The notes: generated by a model not told the origin, from the letters alone. A DNA stretch of 64,000 bases from an uncultured bacterium (GCA_903892035.1 CAITGV010000001.1:355310-419309); one strand, 5' to 3'; shown: positions 1-9,939, counted from the first letter of the stretch. Program-made: numbers and translations.

Positions 1-69
1 TCCAAATATGAAGACAAAGATGAAAATAAATATTATGGTGAAGACTAATATGTATGATAAAATAAATTT

Positions 70-420
70 ATGGTAAATTCTATTCAAAAATTATTTCATA
101 CGGATCGTTGGTGGGGGAAGACAATTCTTACTGCATTTGCTTATACATTATATTGGGGCGTTTTTTATGGAAGTTGGTTTTTAATTCCTTATAATTTTTT
201 TTATGATAGAAATATCATAATAAATCCATATTTATTTATAGGAGTTTTTGCTTTAATAATACCAGCTATCAGTTTTTTAATTCCAAAATTTTTTAAAAAA
301 GTATTTACAATAAATTATACTTTTCTTTACTGTATGCATGTTTTTCTGATCCTATTATCGCTTATTCTTTTTGTTTATGTTGGTTTAAATTTGGCCTTTA
401 GTCACTTTTCCATCGGTTAA
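70..420 (+). CDS. hypothetical integral membrane protein
   Basis: Long ORF with several hydrophobic helices. No recognisable motif. Confidence 0.3.
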   Translation: MVNSIQKLFHTDRWWGKTILTAFAYTLYWGVFYGSWFLIPYNFFYDRNIIINPYLFIGVFALIIPAISFLIPKFFKKVFTINYTFLYCMHVFLILLSLILFVYVGLNLAFSHFSIG

Positions 421-471
421 ACTATCTACTTTAGTTGAGTAGAGTGGACAGAAGGGTGGTATAATGTAGGT

Positions 472-903
472 ATGAACAATTCATACAATTGGTATTCGAC
501 TTTGATAAGGCCATCGTGGTCGCCACCCCCTTGGCTTTTTGGTCCGGTGTGGACCGTGCTCTATATAATGATAGCAATATCATTTGGAAAAGTTTTTATG
601 ATGCTTTCACAAAAGCAAATTCCTTTTGTCGTCGCTCTGCCTTTTATTTTAAATTTAATTTTCAACTTTTCCTTTACGTACTTTCAATTTGTTTTGAAAA
701 ACAACCTCCTCGCTGCGATCGACATACTTCTCATACTCGGTACTCTCATCTGGGCTATGATTGTTTTGTATTCCGTCGCACAAAAACTTATAAGTACAGG
801 AGGGGAGAATATTTTTTGGACTGTATATTTAATTATTCCGTACCTCCTCTGGGTTTCTTTCGCGACCGTGCTTCAGCTCACAATTACATTTTTAAATAAA
901 TAA
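472..903 (+). CDS. tspO: TspO/MBR (tryptophan-rich sensory protein) family membrane protein
   Basis: N-terminal signature W..L.RPSWSPP.W.FGPVWTVLY. About 143 aa with five predicted helices, typical of TspO. Confidence 0.7.
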   Translation: MNNSYNWYSTLIRPSWSPPPWLFGPVWTVLYIMIAISFGKVFMMLSQKQIPFVVALPFILNLIFNFSFTYFQFVLKNNLLAAIDILLILGTLIWAMIVLYSVAQKLISTGGENIFWTVYLIIPYLLWVSFATVLQLTITFLNK

Positions 904-1029
904 AAAATAGCAATCGTTTACTTTACCCATTCGCAATAAGGGAAGGGGTTTTTAAACTTGACTTTAAGTAAAAAATATATTACAATGTGGCCGGTAAAAA
1001 ATGTATATTAACAAAAAAAATAAAATAAA

Positions 1030-2094
1030 ATGGAAGAAAAAACGAAAAAAACCGTAACAGTAAACACTACTCGGGTTAGAGAACTAAGTTCCGATTTAAA
1101 ATCGCCGGTAGAAATCGCAAAGAAACTGCATATCTCGCCCGATATGCTAACACCTTTATTCAAAAAAGGTGTGACGAAGTTTGTTTTCAGGCAAAAATCC
1201 TACATGAGCGTAAAAGAGGTTTGTGAATATTTAAAAATTCCAAATCTAAATGAGCCTTATGTTGGCATCAATGAAATCGCCGAGTACCTAAGTAAAAAGA
1301 GGTATGAGGTAATCGAGTTGGTGAAATCGGACATCCCAATTAGATTTTTTCAGTCTGAAGAAGGAAAGGGAAATAAGATTTTTTTCTTAAAGTCTCAATT
1401 CATTGAAGATGTTGAAAAATTTGGAGGCAAGGACGTATCACTTTCTTCATTTGAACCAAAGATTTTTTCTTTAGAGAGAAATAGGGGTGTTGTTGAATCA
1501 AACCTCGAAAGCTTATTTAATGGCGGAGAAATCGACGAGCGCTCTTACAAAATTTTTTCAGCTTTCGTTTTGGATTTCAGAGAAAAAAATGACATTTCAG
1601 CTGAATTTAACCTGACGAAGGAGTCCATTCGCCAGACTATCAAAAAAGTTTATAGTCTTTTGGATAATTTAAGCAACAATATGCTTTCTTATCTAAAAGA
1701 TTATAGAAAAGTGAATGATGAAAACGAAAAGCTTGTAGCAGAAAATCGCAAGCTTAAGGGTCGCATTGTTTCATTGGAGCATAATGAAAAGAAATTAGAG
1801 AAAACGATAATTTCTTTAAAAAATGTTCTAGTGAATGCCGGCAAAGAAGCTCAAGATCTTGCCGATGGGGTAATTGATGTAAAAGTCCCCACAGACACAA
1901 TTGAGTACCTGCACGAGAAAAAAGAAATTTCCTATGGTCTATATAATCGCCTTAAAATAAATAATATTCCTAATTTAGATATTTTGTGTACTTACACAAA
2001 AATCAAATTAATGAAAATTGAAAATTTCGGCATTATAAAACTTAAGGAAGTTACCAAGCTTCTCAAGAAGCATGGTAAAAAATTAAAGTCTTAG
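1030..2094 (+). CDS. hypothetical protein with repeated HTH-like segments and a coiled-coil
   Basis: 354-aa ORF with three short HTH-like stretches and a heptad-rich region (ENEKLVAENRKLKGRIVSLEHNEKKLEK). A terminator follows. Confidence 0.4.
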   Translation: MEEKTKKTVTVNTTRVRELSSDLKSPVEIAKKLHISPDMLTPLFKKGVTKFVFRQKSYMSVKEVCEYLKIPNLNEPYVGINEIAEYLSKKRYEVIELVKSDIPIRFFQSEEGKGNKIFFLKSQFIEDVEKFGGKDVSLSSFEPKIFSLERNRGVVESNLESLFNGGEIDERSYKIFSAFVLDFREKNDISAEFNLTKESIRQTIKKVYSLLDNLSNNMLSYLKDYRKVNDENEKLVAENRKLKGRIVSLEHNEKKLEKTIISLKNVLVNAGKEAQDLADGVIDVKVPTDTIEYLHEKKEISYGLYNRLKINNIPNLDILCTYTKIKLMKIENFGIIKLKEVTKLLKKHGKKLKS

Positions 2095-2103
2095 TATTTA
2101 GAA

Positions 2104-2136
2104 AGCAGCTGGATGATCTCCAGCTGTCTTTTTTTG
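2104..2136 (+). terminator. rho-independent terminator
   Basis: Hairpin agcagctggatgatctccagctgtc followed by a T7 run, immediately after the stop at 2094. Confidence 0.7.
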
Positions 2137-2152
2137 CCTAAAATTAAAACCT

Positions 2153-2193
2153 TGCCCCGCAAGGCCGGATGCAGGAAGAGGCCTTGCGGGGTT
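2153..2193. repeat. GC-rich hairpin CCCCGCAAGG...CCTTGCGGGG (copy 1)
   Basis: A 12-bp stem with a 13-nt loop. A second related copy lies at 2417-2440. Confidence 0.6.
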
Positions 2194-2416
2194 GTTTGTG
2201 GTAGGAAAATTAAAATCATTCTCTATTCTATTACTCATATCTAGGAGGGCGCTACTTCCAAGGTGTCGGGGAAACGAAAAAAGAGCCAATTAAGAACGAA
2301 TACTGGGAGTGCCCGAAGTGCTATCGGGGGAAATAAGGAAGTTTCCCCAGCTTTTAATATCAAAATGCAAATTAAAAGTAAATGCTTTTACTTTTAATTT
2401 GGTGTCCCAAGAGTTG

Positions 2417-2440
2417 CCCCGCAAGGAGTACCTTGCGGGG
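2417..2440. repeat. GC-rich hairpin CCCCGCAAGG-agta-CCTTGCGGGG (copy 2)
   Basis: A 10-bp perfect stem with the same arms as the 2153 copy. Confidence 0.6.
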
Positions 2441-2673
2441 CTTGGCAGGCGGGGCAGATGGCAAAAGATCCAGATTTTAAAAATCCTTCCGGCGGGCATT
2501 AAAAACCAAAACCCCGAATTTTTAAGCTTGGAAAATGGGGCAAAATGTGGGAGACAAGTTATCCCCATTGACTGTGAACGGTAGTTTACAGTATACTTAG
2601 ACTGTAGTCGTTAAAATAATATTATAATAATCTTAAGTATTTGTAGTAAAAATTTGCTACAATAAATAAACAC

Positions 2674-3597
2674 ATGAAAACACCACTTAACTATACAGGC
2701 AATAAGTCACGATTAATGGATCAATTTAAAAATCATTTTCCAAAAGATGTTAACGTGTTTGTTGATTTATTTTGTGGTGGTGCAACTGTCGGTTTGAGTG
2801 TAGATGCAAAAAAGGTTATTTTTATAGATAACAATATTAATGTAATTAATCTACTAAAGCATCTATCAAAATATAATTTTGATACACTACTACTCAGATT
2901 AGAAACATTGGTGGAAAAATATGGTCTATCTTACTCAGCTAAGCATGGTTATAAAAAATACAAAAAACTATCCGGAGAGACTGATAATAACGGATTTAAG
3001 GAATATAATACATTGGGTTATTACAAACTACGCTCAGATTACAACTCAGTAAAAGATAAGTCTTCCAAAGAAGCGTGCGACCTCCTCTATCTTTTGGTTG
3101 TCTATGCTTTCAATAACGATATGCGTTTCAATAGAAGTGGGGAATTTAACCTACCTATTGGCAAGACTGATTTAAATAAAAATAATATAGAGAAACTAAA
3201 ACAGTATATTGATAGAGTTAAAAAGATAGATTGTGATTTTATATGTGGTGATTTCAGAGAGGAAAATATAAAAAAGATTTTAATGGATGCAGATTTTATT
3301 TATGCTGATCCACCTTATCTGATAGGTAATGCTGTTTATAATGAAACAAGTAACTGGACAGAACAAACAGAACAGGAACTTATCGATTTATTAGAGTTGT
3401 TGAATAAAAGCAAAAAGAGGTTTGCAGTTTCAAATGTTTTAGATAAAGTCGGGGCATCAAATAAACCACTGTCTGATTGGTTGTTTAATCGAAACGATCT
3501 TCATATAGTTGACATTGATTACCACTATAGGGGTGCCAGTTATAATAAAATCAATAGAGCCGCAAGAGAAAGAGAAGTATTGATAAAAAATTTCTAA
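2674..3597 (+). CDS. D12-class N6-adenine DNA methyltransferase (Dam-like)
   Basis: N-terminal NYTGNKSRL and FVDLFCGGATVG (AdoMet-binding motif I), and a DPPY catalytic motif (ADPPYL). This order is typical of MethyltransfD12 family enzymes. Confidence 0.8.
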   Translation: MKTPLNYTGNKSRLMDQFKNHFPKDVNVFVDLFCGGATVGLSVDAKKVIFIDNNINVINLLKHLSKYNFDTLLLRLETLVEKYGLSYSAKHGYKKYKKLSGETDNNGFKEYNTLGYYKLRSDYNSVKDKSSKEACDLLYLLVVYAFNNDMRFNRSGEFNLPIGKTDLNKNNIEKLKQYIDRVKKIDCDFICGDFREENIKKILMDADFIYADPPYLIGNAVYNETSNWTEQTEQELIDLLELLNKSKKRFAVSNVLDKVGASNKPLSDWLFNRNDLHIVDIDYHYRGASYNKINRAAREREVLIKNF

Positions 3598-3601
3598 TTG
3601 T

Positions 3602-4612
3602 ATGGACTTATTGATTGGGAATAGAAGATACACAGGAAGCAAAAAAGCTCTCCTTGAAGATATTTATACAAGTATCAGTCCTTACCCTAAAGGAAGGATT
3701 GTATTTGCTGACTTATTTGCTGGTACTGGAATAGTGTCTGCCTTCATGCTTGGGAAGGGAATGAGTGTTATTGTAAATGATTTTTTGCAGTCGAATTATA
3801 TAGCATATCAAGCTTGGTTTGGATGTGGAGATTATAGTAAAAAAAAACTTGAGCGGATTATTGCTGAATTTAACTCCCTAAATAGCAGTAAGCTAAAAGA
3901 AAATTATTTCTCTAAGATTTACGGCAATAAATACTTTTCTGTATCTGATGCTAAAAAAATAGGATATATAAGAGAAAAACTCGAAAAAATAAAACTTACA
4001 AAGCGTGAAAAAAGCATACTAGTAACTTCACTCATGTACGCAACCGACAAGATTGCTAATACTGTCGGACATTTTGAGCATTTTCTTTCAAAAAAACCTC
4101 AAGATAAGGGAGTTTTATTGAAATTACCACATATTGAGCCATTTATTGGAAATGCAACAATATACAAAATGGATGCTAATAAACTTGCACGTGAGATTAC
4201 TTGTGATATTGCGTATATTGACCCGCCCTATAATGCTCGCCAGTATGTAAATTTTTACCACGTTCTGGAAAACTTAGTGCAGTGGGATAAACCAACTGAG
4301 TTTGAAGGAACTTCAATGAAGTTTAAAAGAAATCATTTAAAAAGTGATTACTCAAAGTCAAAAGCACCTATGGTTTTCAAAGATCTAATTGATAATTTAC
4401 AAGCAAAGTTAATTGTGGTATCGTATAATAACACTTACTCCGCAAAGAGTAGTGCCTCTAATAATAAAATATCTGAATCCCAGTTATTAGATATTCTTTC
4501 GTCTAAAGGTAAAGTCACGGTTAGCGAAATCAAACACAGGTCTTTTAATAGCGGTAAAACAGACTTCAAGGATCATAAAGAAATCTTATATATCTGTAAA
4601 ACAAATTTATGA
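3602..4612 (+). CDS. second D12-class N6-adenine DNA methyltransferase
   Basis: RYTGSKKAL, FADLFAGTG and DPPYNAR motifs. Lies immediately downstream of the first MTase and overlaps the next ORF by 4 nt (ATGA). Confidence 0.75.
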   Translation: MDLLIGNRRYTGSKKALLEDIYTSISPYPKGRIVFADLFAGTGIVSAFMLGKGMSVIVNDFLQSNYIAYQAWFGCGDYSKKKLERIIAEFNSLNSSKLKENYFSKIYGNKYFSVSDAKKIGYIREKLEKIKLTKREKSILVTSLMYATDKIANTVGHFEHFLSKKPQDKGVLLKLPHIEPFIGNATIYKMDANKLAREITCDIAYIDPPYNARQYVNFYHVLENLVQWDKPTEFEGTSMKFKRNHLKSDYSKSKAPMVFKDLIDNLQAKLIVVSYNNTYSAKSSASNNKISESQLLDILSSKGKVTVSEIKHRSFNSGKTDFKDHKEILYICKTNL

Positions 4613-6015
4613 GTTTATTACAAACATATATAGAAAGAAATAAAAATCATGAGTGGTTTGCTAAATATTTTTCTTTAGGAAAAGGTAGTAGTGGTCGTTT
4701 GTTTGAGTATACTAACACTAATTTTAGAGAGCAAAAATCTTTTTTTGAGCAATTTAAAAAATTTGAAAAGATTGAAGATAAAGAAAGGAAAGACTGGGGA
4801 TTAGTTGAATCTAGTGGACAAGAAAAAGATAAGCAGAGAGTTGTAAATATGCTTGCCTCGAAGCTTTTTATGAGGGAGTTAAAAGGCGCAAGAAGGTCTA
4901 AAAATTTTATTTTTCATAAGACCAAAAAAGGTGCAATATACCACAAGTTTTTAAGTGAAAATTTCTCCGAACCAGAAAAGTGGTTTCTAAATTACCTATT
5001 TTTATTGGATGGTCATTATACAAACGAGGAGAGATATATAATCAAAAGAACCAATTTACTTCATCAGAAAATGTCGGCGGTTATTTTAAATACAGAAGCA
5101 TTAATAAGAAAAATAGAAGAAGTTATTGATAAGTCATACAATAAATATGAGTTGATAAAAAAAGATTTTTTCTACCTTAGTTCTTTTTACGATGACGCAG
5201 AATTTTTAGAACTATATTTACATTCAAATGATTTAGAAAAAAAAGAATTGCATGACTATATAAGTAAAAATTTAAAAGAAAAAAATGATGCATGTTGTAT
5301 ATCTAAAAAATATAAACCCAAGAGTAATTTTAATGCGGGTACTTTTATCGATGAAAGTAAGGTATTTTACTTCACTCTTATTTTAGAACAAGTAAAAAAT
5401 AATAATATAAGCAATGTGGTAACTCAATTATTGAGAAAGTATACTTTTATATATAAAAAAACAAATGTCAAAAAAGTCAAAAGTTTTATTGACGAAAAGT
5501 TTGCATTGGATATTTTTTATGCAGTATTTGTTAACGTTCTTGATATAAAAGAAGAACTAACAGAGGAAACTCGCGTAGCAGTAGAGGGGATGGAACTAGA
5601 AGAAGTCGGTCCTCAGAATTATATAGATGATACTACAATTGAAGGAAGGAGGATAACAAAACAATTATTTACACTTAAGAAAAAAAGAGCAAGAGAAATT
5701 GCTAATTATAAGTGTTCTCTAGAGAAACTGAATAATTGTAGATATTTCACTAATAAAGTAAGCAATAAGCCATATATTGAGGTTAATCATCTTATACCGC
5801 AAGAATTTAGGAATGAATTTTCTAATTCAATTGAGGTTTTTGCTAATTATACTGCCATATGTCCTCACTGCCACGCAATGTTACATAAGGCGGTAGATAA
5901 TGAAAGAAAACCATTAATAAATTATTTATACAATGAGAGATCAGCCAAATTAGAAGCCATGGGCATAGGTGTTGAATTAAAAACACTGTATGAATTTTAT
6001 AGAATTAATATTTAA
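4609..6015 (+). CDS. HNH-nuclease domain protein, putative restriction endonuclease of the R-M system
   Basis: C-terminal HNH motif (NHLIP...N...CPHCHAMLH). Translationally coupled to the upstream MTases. The roughly 380-aa N-terminal region has no recognisable motif. Confidence 0.55.
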   Translation: MSLLQTYIERNKNHEWFAKYFSLGKGSSGRLFEYTNTNFREQKSFFEQFKKFEKIEDKERKDWGLVESSGQEKDKQRVVNMLASKLFMRELKGARRSKNFIFHKTKKGAIYHKFLSENFSEPEKWFLNYLFLLDGHYTNEERYIIKRTNLLHQKMSAVILNTEALIRKIEEVIDKSYNKYELIKKDFFYLSSFYDDAEFLELYLHSNDLEKKELHDYISKNLKEKNDACCISKKYKPKSNFNAGTFIDESKVFYFTLILEQVKNNNISNVVTQLLRKYTFIYKKTNVKKVKSFIDEKFALDIFYAVFVNVLDIKEELTEETRVAVEGMELEEVGPQNYIDDTTIEGRRITKQLFTLKKKRAREIANYKCSLEKLNNCRYFTNKVSNKPYIEVNHLIPQEFRNEFSNSIEVFANYTAICPHCHAMLHKAVDNERKPLINYLYNERSAKLEAMGIGVELKTLYEFYRINI

Positions 6016-6124
6016 AAGAAAATAAAACTTATAAATAGAAGAAGACTCCAACTAGGAATATGGGTCAATGTGTGTTATTGTTTTAATATATAAAACCTAT
6101 TATTATTTTAACTATTTAAGCATT

Positions 6125-7822
6125 ATGGAATTAATTAAAAGTTCGTCAAGAAGAAATGTAGATAATTTGTTTAATTCTTCTACAGAAATTTATAAAATAC
6201 CTGATTATCAAAGAGATTATAAATGGACAACCGACGAAGCTGAACAATTTTTAGAAGATTTCTCAAATGCTGATTTTTTTGAACCACAGTACTTGGGAGT
6301 TATTGTAACAAATTCGTCACAAACTAAGTATCGAACGTTTGACGAAATTGAAGTTATTGATGGACAACAAAGACTAACTACATTATTTTTAATATTTTTA
6401 GCAATAAGAAAATTTGCCAAAGATAACAATAATGATTCTTTGGTTATAACCTTAGATCAAAAATTAATATCACACGAAGAACTGCATCAGATTTATAAAA
6501 TTAAAACTCATAAATATTTACAAGATTTTTTTGATGCTGCATTTAATTATAAAAGTGGCTCGGCGCTTAAAGGAAAAACCGTCAAAAAAGTATATGAAGC
6601 AATTTATAATTACATTTCAACATATATAAAACCTGATCGTTTGAAAGATTTTTATTTAGCAGTTATAAAATCGGAGTTCGTTTACATTGAAATAGGGAAT
6701 GCTTCTCCTTTTGAAATTTTTGAGCGAATGAATTACCGCGGTATGGATCTGGCAGTATCTGATTTATTAAAGAATAAATTATTTTTACAGGCACACAAGA
6801 CTGACGATTTAGAAAATATGAAAGAGCATTGGGATAAAATAATAGATGACGCAGGAAGGGTCACTGACAACATAAATAAACTTAGTTTTTCTGCCTTAAT
6901 TCGCTATTTCTATATTTCAAGATTTGGATACATAACAGAAAAAAAATTATATGGTAAATTAGTTGATCAATATAATACACATTATAAGGATAATTTAAAT
7001 ATATTTATTGAAGATTTTGAATCGGTAATTAAATTGCTCTTAATATTATCAAAAAAAAGAAATGAATTATCTTCTGAGGAAATTAAGAGTCTACCAGGTA
7101 GAAATTCTGAGAGAGGTTATTTAAGAACGATATTATCCCTGAAGACTTTTGGAGTTATTCAACCATATTCGCTACTTCTTTCGTTGTTTGCAAAAGAACG
7201 TAATTTAGATTTAAGAAATTGGTTAAATAGAATTGAAGTGTTTCATTTTGTCTATTCATATATTTCGAATGGTCCCGCCCGTGAATTTGAGAAGAAATAT
7301 TCTGAAACTGCAAAAAATGTATTTAATGCAGAGTCAGATAATGACGTTCAAGCTGAATTGAATAACTTTGTTAATGATTTAGGTATTCTGATAAATAAGA
7401 CCACGACAAAGGAAAAATTTATTAGTGATGTTTCGTCTAAGTTGGTTTACGGTTCGGACAGTGATGCAATCAAATTTTTTTATGAATATATCGAAGAAGA
7501 ATATTTTGGAAGAAATCTACAGGGAATTACATTTATAAATAATCCGCAAATTTCGTTAGACCATATTTGTCCTCAAAATGAAAAAGAAGACCATAGTTTA
7601 GGCAATTTAATTGTTTTAGAAACTGATATTAATCAACAACTTCAAGATGCTAGCTATAAAATAAAAAAGGAAAAGATTCTTTCTGGTAGTGGAATTAGTA
7701 TTACAAAAGAACTATTTAATAAATATGATAATTGGGGGGAAGATCAAATTAATGATTGGGGTAAGTATATTGCTTCTATTTTTTGGGACGAAATCGTTAT
7801 TAAGTATTTTAATCTAAGGTAA
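6125..7822 (+). CDS. DUF262/DUF1524 (GmrSD-like) type IV restriction-type nuclease
   Basis: N-terminal ParB/DUF262 motifs (IPDYQRDYKW, IDGQQRLTT) and C-terminal DUF1524 His-Me finger (LDHICPQ...GNLIVLE). The in-frame ORF begins at 6068, but the likely start is the Met at 6125 (MELIKSS). Confidence 0.7.
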   Translation: MELIKSSSRRNVDNLFNSSTEIYKIPDYQRDYKWTTDEAEQFLEDFSNADFFEPQYLGVIVTNSSQTKYRTFDEIEVIDGQQRLTTLFLIFLAIRKFAKDNNNDSLVITLDQKLISHEELHQIYKIKTHKYLQDFFDAAFNYKSGSALKGKTVKKVYEAIYNYISTYIKPDRLKDFYLAVIKSEFVYIEIGNASPFEIFERMNYRGMDLAVSDLLKNKLFLQAHKTDDLENMKEHWDKIIDDAGRVTDNINKLSFSALIRYFYISRFGYITEKKLYGKLVDQYNTHYKDNLNIFIEDFESVIKLLLILSKKRNELSSEEIKSLPGRNSERGYLRTILSLKTFGVIQPYSLLLSLFAKERNLDLRNWLNRIEVFHFVYSYISNGPAREFEKKYSETAKNVFNAESDNDVQAELNNFVNDLGILINKTTTKEKFISDVSSKLVYGSDSDAIKFFYEYIEEEYFGRNLQGITFINNPQISLDHICPQNEKEDHSLGNLIVLETDINQQLQDASYKIKKEKILSGSGISITKELFNKYDNWGEDQINDWGKYIASIFWDEIVIKYFNLR

Positions 7823-7934
7823 TTTAACTGCGTTAATTCCTAAATCTGTAGGTTTTTAAAAAAGACTAATGGACTAATGGGGTCAGGTACCATTATTTTC
7901 AAATTGAATTACTTAACCTGATATAATACCCCCC

Positions 7935-8276
7935 ATGTCAACCAAACAAAGCACGATAGACTATATTTTGGATCAGTTGGTGGATAGGAGCCGGGTTTCG
8001 GCGCGGAAGATGTTTGGCGAGTATGCGCTTTATTGTGATGGTAGGGTTGTGGCTTTGGTGTGCGATGATACATTGTTTGTGAAGATTACGGAGGAGGGCA
8101 AGGATTTTGTCGGCAAGCATTACAAAGAAGGCTTTGCGTACAAGGGCGCCAAAGCATCAATGGTGATAGACGAAGACCGTATCGAGGACCGAGAGTGGTT
8201 GGGGGAGTTGATCCGCATCACCGCTTTGCATGTGCCACTGCCGAAAGTGAAAAATAAATCTAAAAAAAGGAATTAA
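7935..8276 (+). CDS. TfoX N-terminal domain protein
   Basis: Similarity pattern to the TfoX/Sxy N domain (YAL..DGRVVALVCDDTLFVK). Local GC is much higher than the flanks. Confidence 0.5.
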   Translation: MSTKQSTIDYILDQLVDRSRVSARKMFGEYALYCDGRVVALVCDDTLFVKITEEGKDFVGKHYKEGFAYKGAKASMVIDEDRIEDREWLGELIRITALHVPLPKVKNKSKKRN

Positions 8277-8298
8277 AGTCCTGTGATAGAATATATTT

Positions 8299-8664
8299 AT
8301 GTACCTAAACCCTCTAACTGAAGAAGAGAAAAGAGTTCTAATTGATAAAGGCACGGAGATGCCTTTTGCGGGTGAGTATGTGAACAATACTGCTCATGGG
8401 GTGTATGTGTGTCGGCAATGTGGTGCACCTTTGTATAATTCGAAAGACAAATTTGAAAGTACGTGTGGATGGCCGAGTTTTGATCAAGAAATTCCTGGTG
8501 CAATAAAGCGGGCTTCATATATTGATCCGAGATTTGGCCAAGAAATAACTTGTGCAAGTTGTGGTGGGCACCTAGGGCATATATTTGAAGGGGAAATGCT
8601 GACCGATAAGAACATTCGTCATTGCGTGAATTCAATTTCGTTTAAATTCATTGAGGGGAAATAG
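8299..8664 (+). CDS. msrB: peptide-methionine (R)-S-oxide reductase MsrB
   Basis: GWPSF motif and CxxC...CGGHLGHIF zinc/catalytic signature. Confidence 0.85.
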   Translation: MYLNPLTEEEKRVLIDKGTEMPFAGEYVNNTAHGVYVCRQCGAPLYNSKDKFESTCGWPSFDQEIPGAIKRASYIDPRFGQEITCASCGGHLGHIFEGEMLTDKNIRHCVNSISFKFIEGK

Positions 8665-8698
8665 GAACTAATATTTTTTGATTAATTCAGGACTGTTT

Positions 8699-9814
8699 TT
8701 ATATTTTTTTCCTTCTTAATATAAAAAAATAGTAAAGAATTGCAATAATAATAATAGTTATTTGACCAGGGTAGCGAGTGCTTAAAGTATACGGTAAAGC
8801 AATGAATGCGAGTGACTTGCTCGGGCGCTTGCTTTCTCTATAAGCTATAATTTTTTTCATTTGTTCTTCATTTTTAGCTTTTACTGTAGCGAGTTCTTCT
8901 GGGCTTAGTTGAACTGATTCGCCATTTTTATCGTATTTAAATTCTGGTAATATTGGAAACATGGCTTTTTCAGCTTGAAAATCTTTAAGGAAAGTGGATT
9001 CAGATTTATTTTCGATGGGTTGTATTGCAAGTCTAAGTGGTAAACCCAAGAACATTGTTGCGTATGAGATCGGAGGTACGTAAGACAATAATAAGATAAT
9101 AAGAACTATTGGAATATAGTAAGGGTATTTTTTTCTTTTATTTGCTTGCTGGATTATAGTATTTTTTTTAAATTTAATTTTTCTAACTATAAAGATAAAG
9201 AAAATAATAAGTGCAATAATAAAACCAAAAACTATCATTTGATTATATATATAGCCAAGTGATAAAGAGTCTGCAAATGCTCCTTGTTTGAGAGTTCCTT
9301 TGAAGGGAACAACCTCCTTGATATTTTTTCCTGTAAAATATTTACCAGTTCCTATTTCTGTGTAAAATGGTGGGTGTGTATCAAAAAGCTTCATCCCGCT
9401 CATTGGCCCAGGTAACAGTAGTTGTGGTAAAAAATATTCTTTCTTTACCTGAACAATACTGTCTTTTGGTAATATCGTTTGTTGTTGTCCAACAGAACCG
9501 AGTTTGTAATCTCTATCTAATTGTATTTGTCCCGTAGCTGAATTTACACCTGAACTCGCGGTGTTAATGAATAAAAAAATTGTAATTACAAAAAAAGCTA
9601 TTGTTGCGCATAGTATAATTATCCATTTTTTATTCGACGTGTTATTTATCGGCTCTGGCACGATTATATTTTCTGGGATAATTTCAGAAAATGCTTCTTC
9701 TATATCTGCTTCGTTCCAGTTGCTTTGTTGTCTCAGTGTAGCTTTGATCTCATCTTTAGTTTTTCCTACAGCAAGTGAGTTTTTAATATAATCAACAAAT
9801 TCTTTTGTAATCAT
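8699..9814 (-). CDS. hypothetical membrane protein
   Basis: 371-aa ORF with a soluble N-terminal region followed by TM helices. No motif recognised. Confidence 0.4.
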   Translation of the reverse strand: MITKEFVDYIKNSLAVGKTKDEIKATLRQQSNWNEADIEEAFSEIIPENIIVPEPINNTSNKKWIIILCATIAFFVITIFLFINTASSGVNSATGQIQLDRDYKLGSVGQQQTILPKDSIVQVKKEYFLPQLLLPGPMSGMKLFDTHPPFYTEIGTGKYFTGKNIKEVVPFKGTLKQGAFADSLSLGYIYNQMIVFGFIIALIIFFIFIVRKIKFKKNTIIQQANKRKKYPYYIPIVLIILLLSYVPPISYATMFLGLPLRLAIQPIENKSESTFLKDFQAEKAMFPILPEFKYDKNGESVQLSPEELATVKAKNEEQMKKIIAYRESKRPSKSLAFIALPYTLSTRYPGQITIIIIAILYYFFILRRKKI

Positions 9815-9939
9815 TTTTTAAGTATATTATTTAAGACAAATAAATACAAATTTTGCACTTGATGTGTCGAAAATAAAACAGAACATCTTTAATTAAAAAA
9901 AGATTTCGTATTCAAGAATATAATTGTTATACTGCAATT

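Noticed and set aside
2290-2584. ORFs of 91-92 aa on both strands (2290..2568 minus, 2309..2584 plus) in the spacer before the MTase genes
   Set aside because: They overlap each other and the GC hairpins. The composition is repeat-driven, with no start context or motif. Treated as non-coding.
2569-2596. Fifth LexA box upstream of the first methyltransferase (TTGACTGTGAACGGTAGTTTAC...TATACT)
   Set aside because: One half-site is GTTT instead of GTTC. Kept only as a degenerate or decayed site and not annotated as an operator.
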